The notes beneath the pieces are model-generated. The model did not search any database. It saw nothing but the letters and a program-made list of their open reading frames with translations, and was not told where the DNA came from. From IMG/VR virus record IMGVR_UViG_2529292882_000010: a stretch of DNA of 4,213 bases; one strand, given 5' to 3'. The number at the start of each line of letters is the position of its first letter. Positions within the stretch are counted from its first letter, which is position 1. Source of the DNA: a virus. Lineage: Duplodnaviria; Heunggongvirae; Uroviricota; Caudoviricetes. Below, one piece after another: positions 1-4,213 of this stretch. The translations under genes were made by a program, and so were the position numbers.

Positions 1-249
1 GGTTGTCACTTAAGCGTATGGTCAACCTGACAACCCGGTGCCACTAATGGGGTAAGGATAACCCCGCCATACTTACCGCCGCGCCATTTCGCGGAGTGCC
101 ACAACCGGAAGCGCACGGTCGAATTAAATTTAACGACACCGTACAGTGAGACGAACTTCGCCGTGCGCTTTCGTGTTGTGTGCCTGCTTTTAACCACGTC
201 AGGCGAGGTGGTATCCTTCTCATCCCGAATAACCAAGAAGGAAATCTAT

Positions 250-450
250 ATGACTAAAGAAGAATTTGTCTCTTATATTTTTGATAAAACGGTTGAAATG
301 TATGCTGCTACTCACGAGTCCTGTAATCCCCTGAATAAACCAGAGGGGAAAGATGATTTCGACAAAATTTACTGCTTCCTGGAGGACCGCTATATCAAAA
401 GGTTAGAGGACGCAGGGATCAAACCCCCAGTGAAGTCACCATTGTCCTGA
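250..450 (+). CDS. hypothetical small protein (66 aa), AT-rich accessory gene
   Basis: Seen in sequence: ATG at 250 in frame with the 163..450 ORF, preceded by AAGGA (238-242) at 7 nt spacing. The 163..249 extension has no RBS and is probably not translated. The region is markedly more AT-rich than its neighbours. No recognisable family. The 3' end overlaps the convergent ORF 419..784 by 32 bp, so one of the two may be mis-called. Confidence 0.45.
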   Translation: MTKEEFVSYIFDKTVEMYAATHESCNPLNKPEGKDDFDKIYCFLEDRYIKRLEDAGIKPPVKSPLS

Positions 451-784
451 GAACTTGCAGGACGTCATGATCGTAACTTCCATCCAAACCGCGACGGCGA
501 ATTGCTTCTCGTATTATCGGAAGCAGCTCGCTGGAAATCTCGGTGCATATTTCACCTGATAATACGCCTGGTTCAAGTGAGAATATTGGTGAACTTATGG
601 TCCTGGTCTCGACAGTTTCAGAGTCAGTGTCAACATTATAAAGCTCAACGAAAGCGGTCTTGATTTTCCGGGCCAGATCTTTTGCTGGCTCGCTTTCAAT
701 GTCTTTCCCGATTTCTCGCAGCACAGAATGCAATGTATGAGCTGCTGTTTTCTGTACATCAGGCGGTAAATCTTTAAATTCCAT
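419..784 (-). CDS. hypothetical protein (121 aa), second gene of a leftward two-gene unit
   Basis: Seen in sequence: ATG (complement of 782-784) lies 11 nt downstream of the stop of ORF 796..1002 on the same strand, suggesting co-transcription. Only a weak G-rich RBS. No recognisable family or motif. Confidence 0.5.
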   Translation of the reverse strand: MEFKDLPPDVQKTAAHTLHSVLREIGKDIESEPAKDLARKIKTAFVELYNVDTDSETVETRTISSPIFSLEPGVLSGEICTEISSELLPIIREAIRRRGLDGSYDHDVLQVLRTMVTSLGV

Positions 785-795
785 CTTTAACCCCG

Positions 796-1002
796 TTAGC
801 CGTTAGATTTTGCCGAACTGGAAAGTGCCTGTTTAAACTCACTGAAGCTGAGAGCTTCTTCGCCTTCGGCAAGGCCTTCGAAGTATTCTTCGTAAGCCTT
901 TTCCATGATTGCGTCGAAATCCATGTTGACCTCATTTCCCCTTAACGCCGGGGTAGCGGAACAAAAACCTGCTGCATAGTTAAAGTTGAACCCTGCCGTC
1001 AT
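796..1002 (-). CDS. small acidic hypothetical protein (68 aa from ATG at 1002; 42 aa if initiated at internal ATG at 924)
   Basis: Seen in sequence: two candidate starts. ATG at 1002 has GAGG about 10 nt upstream. Internal ATG (complement of 922-924) has GAGG at 5 nt spacing, arguably the better RBS. The C-terminal 42 aa are strongly acidic. No arginine-rich N-terminus, so not an N-type antiterminator. Function unknown. Confidence 0.45.
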   Translation of the reverse strand: MTAGFNFNYAAGFCSATPALRGNEVNMDFDAIMEKAYEEYFEGLAEGEEALSFSEFKQALSSSAKSNG

Positions 1003-1105
1003 GTTCTTACGCCTCGGGCTGGCTACTTAACCCCTGACCACTACCTGGTAACTCGAAGTATTGCCCGGCATTCTGTGGGGTGGAGTGGGTTGGTATGAAA
1101 GGAAG

Positions 1106-1154
1106 GATACCCATGGGTATCTAAAAAGTAAATACCCATGGGTAATTTTTTTTT
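1106..1154. promoter_or_regulatory. candidate OL-type operator pair: two copies of palindrome TACCCATGGGTA, then a T9 tract
   Basis: Seen in sequence: perfect 16-bp palindrome GATACCCATGGGTATC at 1106-1121 (core 1108-1119) and a second TACCCATGGGTA core at 1133-1144, centres 25 bp apart, followed by T9 at 1146-1154. Same TACC/GGTA half-sites as the three sites in the divergent region at 1630-1680. Inference: repressor binding sites. The second palindrome plus T-run could also act as a weak intrinsic terminator on the + strand. Confidence 0.55.
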
Positions 1155-1189
1155 GAGGTGTCTTAACTGGTGATTGGTTGTTTGGTTAG

Positions 1190-1609
1190 TTATGATGCGT
1201 TTTGTGCTTTCTTTTTACGGATTTCTTCGTAGATCATATTGTAATACTGTTTTTTCTCTTCAAGAGTTTTTAATAAGTTATCCGCTTCACTTTCTGGCAG
1301 TTCGTCTAAGAGATCTAAAAAAATACGTTGTCGTGGCGTTAGAACCCTTGTTTCATAATTGGAGGCTGTGTTCGTTGATGATGAAACGATACCATCCATC
1401 CATCCTCGGGGTAACCCAAAGGACTCTTCGATAATCTCCACCATATCATCAGCGATCCGTTTTTTTCCCTTTTTCCCCTCTGGGTACAACATTCTTGATA
1501 CATAAGAAGGCTCGCGACCGATTTTTCTGGCTACGTTAACCGCTTTACCATCGCATTTCTCATCACGAATTTTGATGAGTTGCTGTCGTCTAAATTCATA
1601 TTTGTCCAT
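1190..1609 (-). CDS. prophage immunity repressor, short Cro/CI-type HTH protein without S24 peptidase domain (RacR-like by position)
   Basis: Seen in sequence: 139-aa ORF divergent from a cro-like gene across a 100-bp operator-bearing intergenic region. The N-terminal segment KAVNVARKIGREPSYVSRMLY fits a helix-turn-helix, and the C-terminal region is charged and coiled-coil-like. At 139 aa it is too short to carry a LexA/CI-type autocleavage domain. No Shine-Dalgarno upstream of the ATG. Confidence 0.8.
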   Translation of the reverse strand: MDKYEFRRQQLIKIRDEKCDGKAVNVARKIGREPSYVSRMLYPEGKKGKKRIADDMVEIIEESFGLPRGWMDGIVSSSTNTASNYETRVLTPRQRIFLDLLDELPESEADNLLKTLEEKKQYYNMIYEEIRKKKAQNAS

Positions 1610-1615
1610 AGGTAA

Positions 1616-1685
1616 ATAATAGATGCGATTACCGCAAGGTAAACAACCTGCAGGTATTGACTTTTGTTTACCTGTGGGTATTCTT
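1616..1685. promoter_or_regulatory. divergent OR-type control region: three TACC-N4-GGTA operators with candidate pR and pRM
   Basis: Seen in sequence: TACCGCAAGGTA (1630-1641), AACCTGCAGGTA (1645-1656, with perfect inner palindrome ACCTGCAGGT) and TACCTGTGGGTA (1669-1680). Rightward candidate promoter: -35 TTGACT (1657-1662), -10 TATTCT (1679-1684), overlapped by the third operator. Leftward candidate promoter on the - strand: -10 TATTAT (complement of 1616-1621), -35 TTTACC (complement of 1638-1643), overlapped by the first operator. Promoter calls are inference from consensus matching only. Confidence 0.55.
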
Positions 1686-1709
1686 TACTGTGTTTACTAA
1701 GGAGTAGCT

Positions 1710-1991
1710 ATGGAAGAATTAAGAATATTTCTCAATTCTCTTTCGTCAGATGAACAGCGTATGTTTGCATGCGAGTGTGGTACCAGCATCGGTTATCTAA
1801 GAAAGGCATTGAGTAAAGGTCAGGTGTTAGGGGCATCGTTATGTGTCCTTATTGAGCGAGCCAGTAATGGTGAAGTTACACGTCAGCAACTAAGGCCTTT
1901 TGATTGGATGAATATTTGGCCCGAGCTGGAAGATACCAAAACGTTAACACAACCACTTTCTAGGAGCTTGATTCATGAAAATCAAGCATGA
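1710..1991 (+). CDS. ydaS: Cro-like HTH protein (YdaS-like)
   Basis: Seen in sequence: 93-aa ORF, ATG at 1710 with AAGGAG (1699-1704) at 5 nt spacing, first gene rightward from the operator region. Contains the HTH-like segment GTSIGYLRKALSKG and the motif VTRQQLRPFDW, which I recall as typical of YdaS/Cro-like prophage proteins. Overlaps the next gene by 17 bp. Symbol assigned by family resemblance and gene order, not by verified identity. Confidence 0.7.
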   Translation: MEELRIFLNSLSSDEQRMFACECGTSIGYLRKALSKGQVLGASLCVLIERASNGEVTRQQLRPFDWMNIWPELEDTKTLTQPLSRSLIHENQA

Positions 1992-2400
1992 ACACATCCG
2001 CATGGCGATGAGTGCCTGGGCGCATCCGGACGGTGAAAAAGTTCCGGCAGCTGAAATAACCCGGGCTTATTTTGAGCTGGGTATGACATTCCCGGAACTG
2101 TATGACGACAGCTATCCGGAAGCCCTAGCTCGCAATACTCAGAAAATTTTCCGCTGGGTAGAGAAAGACACTCCTGATGCGGTTAAAAAAATTCAGGCAC
2201 TGTTACCAGCGATCGAAAAAGCAATGCCACCTCTGCTGGTGGCCCGAATGCGCAGTCACAGTTCAGCCTATTTTCGGGAGCTGGTGGCGACGCGGGAACG
2301 ATTGGTGAGAGACGCTGATGATTTTGTCGCAGTGGCGATCGCTGGTTTCAACCAGATGAATCGTGGTGGTCCGGCGGGAAATGCCGTGGTGATGCACTAA
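1975..2400 (+). CDS. ydaT: YdaT-like protein (proposed CII-like regulator family of Rac-type prophages)
   Basis: Seen in sequence: 141-aa ORF, ATG at 1975 with AGGAG (1962-1966) at 8 nt spacing, overlapping the cro-like gene. The N-terminus MKIKHEHI and the length match my recollection of the YdaT family, and the racR-ydaS-ydaT-like order supports it. From memory only; needs a homology search. Confidence 0.7.
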   Translation: MKIKHEHIRMAMSAWAHPDGEKVPAAEITRAYFELGMTFPELYDDSYPEALARNTQKIFRWVEKDTPDAVKKIQALLPAIEKAMPPLLVARMRSHSSAYFRELVATRERLVRDADDFVAVAIAGFNQMNRGGPAGNAVVMH

Positions 2401-2423
2401 AAGCACGGTGTTCGGAGTTTTTT

Positions 2424-3371
2424 ATGAGCAGCAAGCTTCATGGTCTTGTCTGGGAAGGGTGTGCCTTCACCGGCATGATCTTATCCAGGGTGGCAGTAAT
2501 GGCTCGCCTTGCAGATTACAGCAATGACGAAGGTGTGTCATGGCCTGCAGTGGAGACCATTCGTCGTCAGATTGGGGCAAAGAGTGAATCAACGGTTAAA
2601 GCTGCGATAGCGGAACTGGAAAAGAACGGCTGGCTGACGAAGGAGGAACGTAAGGTCGGTGGGCGTAATGAAAGCAATATCTACCGTCTTAATGTGGAAA
2701 AACTCGAAGCAGCAGCAGCGGCGGCGCGTGAGGCATATAAACCGAAAAGAAAAATTAGCCAGGCAAAAAATGACCCGTCAAATATTGCCCCCTCAACGGT
2801 TGACCCCTCAAATTTTGATGGATCAACCATTGATAAAAAACAGCCGGATAGGGGGGCGATGGTTGGCCCCGATCCGTCAGTATTAAAACCTGATCCGTCA
2901 GATAAAAGATCTTTTCGTCCGGAAGCTTCGCAACCGGACTCGCAGACGGCTGAACAGGATTTTTTAACCCGACACCCTGACGCTGTTGTGTTCAGTGCGA
3001 AAAAACGCCAGTGGGGTAGCCAGGAAGATTTAGCGTGTGCGCAGTGGATCTGGGGACGAATCGTGAGTCTTTACGAACAGGCTGCCAGCGATGATGGCGA
3101 GATCACGCGACCGAAAGCCCCCAACTGGACCGCATGGGCTAATGACGTGCGCACAATGCGGATGCTGGATGGCAGAACTCACAGACAAATTTGCGAAATG
3201 TTTGGTCGGGTACAGCGGGATCCATTCTGGGTAAAAAACGTCATGAGTCCGTCAAAGCTTCGTGAAAAATGGGATGAGCTGGTTATTCGTCTGGGGCGTT
3301 CGCCTGTACAGCGTTGCGTGAATCACATTTCTGAACCGGATACCGAAATTCCGCCGGGCTTCAGGGGGTAA
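2424..3371 (+). CDS. phage replication initiation protein (N-terminal winged-helix DNA-binding domain, repeat-bearing linker, conserved Trp-rich C-terminal domain)
   Basis: Seen in sequence: 315-aa ORF, ATG at 2424 with GGAG at 6 nt spacing. The N-terminal region (LADYSNDEGVSWPAVETIRRQIGAKSESTVKAAIAELEKNGWL) matches the pattern of HTH-type replication initiator N-domains. The central linker carries four DPS repeats encoded by direct DNA repeats. The C-terminal region is Trp-rich and resembles the conserved C-terminal domain seen on phage replisome-organiser proteins. Domain names are from memory. Confidence 0.8.
   Translation: MSSKLHGLVWEGCAFTGMILSRVAVMARLADYSNDEGVSWPAVETIRRQIGAKSESTVKAAIAELEKNGWLTKEERKVGGRNESNIYRLNVEKLEAAAAAAREAYKPKRKISQAKNDPSNIAPSTVDPSNFDGSTIDKKQPDRGAMVGPDPSVLKPDPSDKRSFRPEASQPDSQTAEQDFLTRHPDAVVFSAKKRQWGSQEDLACAQWIWGRIVSLYEQAASDDGEITRPKAPNWTAWANDVRTMRMLDGRTHRQICEMFGRVQRDPFWVKNVMSPSKLREKWDELVIRLGRSPVQRCVNHISEPDTEIPPGFRG
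2771..2915 (+). repeat. iteron array inside the initiator gene: candidate phage origin of replication
   Basis: Seen in sequence: four direct repeats of TGAYCCNTCA at 2771-2780, 2801-2810, 2870-2879 (CGATCCGTCA) and 2891-2900, with a degenerate copy near 2818-2828. Spacings are about 30, 70 and 20 bp. Followed by the AT-rich palindrome AAAAGATCTTTT (2904-2915). Four GATC sites fall within about 90 bp (2821, 2871, 2892, 2908). Established parallel: the lambda origin lies inside gene O as iterons plus an AT-rich segment. Confidence 0.6.
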
Positions 3372-3391
3372 GTGTTTATTTCAGCTCATGA

Positions 3392-3407
3392 GGTAATTTT
3401 CAGGAGG
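3392..3407 (+). promoter_or_regulatory. copy 1 of repeated RBS-containing junction module GGTAATTTTCAGGAGG
   Basis: Seen in sequence: the 16-mer at 3392-3407 is identical to 3809-3824. It contains AGGAGG immediately upstream of the TTG start at 3410, only 2 nt away. Confidence 0.6.
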
Positions 3408-3409
3408 AC

Positions 3410-3835
3410 TTGTGGCAAAAGTATTTACACAAGAAGAGCGGGAAAAAAATTAAGGGGCAGATTGTTGAACTTGTACGTCTGAGCGGTCGCGAGACGTTAC
3501 GGCAACTGGAAGCGAAAACAGGTGCGACAAGATATCTGATGAGTGTTCTCGCCAGAGAGCTGGTTGCCAGTGGCGATGTATACAATTCTGGCTACGGGTT
3601 ATTTCCGTCTGAACAGGCTCGTAAGGACTGGCAAAACGCCCGCAAAAAACTATCGAGGGCAAAGGCGAAGAAACCGGTTGTGGTTGATCCGGACCTTATC
3701 TGGTCATTACCAGACGGAGAAATACGCCGCTACGACAGGAGCCAGAACATAATCTGTCGCGAGTGCCGGAAGAGTGAGGTTATGCAGCGAGTGCTGGCGT
3801 TTTATCAGGGTAATTTTCAGGAGGTGATGGCGTGA
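3410..3835 (+). CDS. hypothetical phage protein (141 aa) with a predicted winged-helix-like N-terminal segment
   Basis: Seen in sequence: the only open frame here. It must start at TTG 3410, because there is no in-frame ATG or GTG before residue 44 and the N-terminal segment (IVELVRLSGRETLRQLEAKTGATRYLMSVLARELV) looks like a real HTH or winged-helix fold. The basic middle and C-terminal CxxC are noted. The stop TGA overlaps the next start as GTGA. Family not recognised. Confidence 0.65.
   Translation: MWQKYLHKKSGKKIKGQIVELVRLSGRETLRQLEAKTGATRYLMSVLARELVASGDVYNSGYGLFPSEQARKDWQNARKKLSRAKAKKPVVVDPDLIWSLPDGEIRRYDRSQNIICRECRKSEVMQRVLAFYQGNFQEVMA
3809..3824 (+). promoter_or_regulatory. copy 2 of repeated RBS-containing junction module GGTAATTTTCAGGAGG
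   Basis: Seen in sequence: identical 16-mer at the 3' end of CDS 3410..3835, where it encodes GNFQE. AGGAGG (3819-3824) lies 7 nt upstream of the GTG start at 3832. Confidence 0.65.
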
Positions 3836-4137
3836 GGGTGAGAGTCTATATCGCCGGTCCAATGACCGGGTATAAAAATTTCAACCGTGAGGCGTTCCAC
3901 AATGCGGAAGAGGAACTGAAACGGGAAGGGCATACAGTCTTAAACCCGGCAGTACTTCCGGACGGGCTGACACAGCCACACTACATGGATATTTGCATGG
4001 CAATGATTCGTTGTGTGGATGCGATTTACATGCTGAAAGGCTGGCAGCGGTCAGCAGGTGCTAAGGCAGAACTGGCACTGGCGGAGAAGCTGGGGCATGC
4101 AGTTATTTTTCAGGAGGCAACCAGTGAGCAACATTAA
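3832..4137 (+). CDS. DUF4406-family protein (nucleoside 2-deoxyribosyltransferase-like fold)
   Basis: Seen in sequence: 101-aa ORF with GTG start overlapping the upstream stop (GTGA). The N-terminal motif VYIAGPMTG, then NPA, then GWQRSAGAKAE match my recollection of the DUF4406 family common in enterobacterial prophages. Family name from memory. Confidence 0.75.
   Translation: MRVRVYIAGPMTGYKNFNREAFHNAEEELKREGHTVLNPAVLPDGLTQPHYMDICMAMIRCVDAIYMLKGWQRSAGAKAELALAEKLGHAVIFQEATSEQH
4102..4117 (+). promoter_or_regulatory. copy 3 (variant) of the junction module: GTTATTTTTCAGGAGG
   Basis: Seen in sequence: TTTTCAGGAGG at 4107-4117 inside the 3' end of the DUF4406 gene, where it encodes IFQEA. AGGAGG lies 6 nt upstream of GTG at 4124. 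Confidence 0.6.
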
Positions 4138-4213
4138 TTACCAGGCACTGCGAATGGCGGCAGAAAATGCAACCCCTGGCGAATGGTGTTCTGATGATTA
4201 CTATGGGGTAATT
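4124..4213 (+). CDS. partial CDS (5' end only, runs off the window); possibly an Ead/Ea22-like phage protein
   Basis: Seen in sequence: GTG at 4124 with AGGAGG at 6 nt spacing, open to the window end, translating VSNINYQALRMAAENATPGEWCSDDYYGVI. An in-frame ATG at 4154 is an alternative start. The QALR..AAE..ATPGEW pattern recalls N-termini of Ea22-like prophage proteins, but this is weakly remembered. It is not in the supplied ORF track because it is truncated. Confidence 0.4.
   Translation, partial: MSNINYQALRMAAENATPGEWCSDDYYGVI

Noticed and set aside
111-135. tRNA-like T-loop (GGTCGAATT) and possible tRNA or att site
   Set aside because: No GTTCGA-type T-loop with matching acceptor and anticodon stems could be assembled. 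Only generic hairpins are present.
6-236. 76-aa ORF on the - strand
   Set aside because: TTG start with no RBS, arginine-rich odd composition, and it lies in a region full of dyad symmetry. More likely non-coding structure than a gene.
163-249. N-terminal extension of the 163..450 ORF
   Set aside because: No RBS at 163, whereas the internal ATG at 250 has a well-spaced AAGGA, so the 66-aa form is the better call.
1052-1060. TACC-T-GGTA as a third OL operator
   Set aside because: Same half-sites but 1-bp spacing instead of 4. Incompatible with the geometry of the other five sites.
1003-1105. N-type antiterminator with a nutL (boxA/boxB) site for the first leftward gene
   Set aside because: The 796..1002 product has no arginine-rich motif, and no convincing boxA or boxB hairpin is present on the leftward transcript.
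1106-1144. Paired palindromes as inverted repeats of an insertion sequence or MITE
   Set aside because: No transposase, no target-site duplication, and the same half-sites recur in the divergent promoter region. Operator interpretation fits better.
1174-1434. 86-aa ORF on the + strand
   Set aside because: Entirely antisense to the repressor gene, hydrophobic low-complexity translation, no RBS. A shadow ORF.
2659-2886. 75-aa ORF in an alternate frame inside the initiator gene
   Set aside because: Highly basic translation produced by the A-rich repeat region. Nested in a much longer, well-supported frame.
3400-3752. Three overlapping ORFs (3400..3585 -, 3450..3662 -, 3543..3752 +)
   Set aside because: All nested in or antisense to CDS 3410..3835, with biased odd composition and no start signals.

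Overview
The window reads as the immunity and early-replication region of a lambdoid (Rac-like) prophage from an enterobacterium, with no rRNA, tRNA, CRISPR array or transposase. A short leftward HTH repressor (1190..1609) is flanked on both sides by copies of one dyad-symmetric motif, TACC-N4-GGTA, which I read as the OR and OL operators. Rightward from OR lie a Cro-like gene, a YdaT-like gene, a replication initiator with an iteron array inside its own coding sequence (candidate origin), a small winged-helix-like protein, a DUF4406 protein and the 5' end of a further gene. Leftward of the repressor is a three-ORF accessory region of unknown function, and the first ~250 bp are non-coding but structured. 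I cannot name a new biological system from sequence alone. The operator set, the in-gene origin and a repeated RBS-containing junction module are the best-supported observations; the accessory ORFs at 250..1002 are the most likely place for uncharacterised cargo. All family assignments are from reading the translations and from memory; no searches were run.
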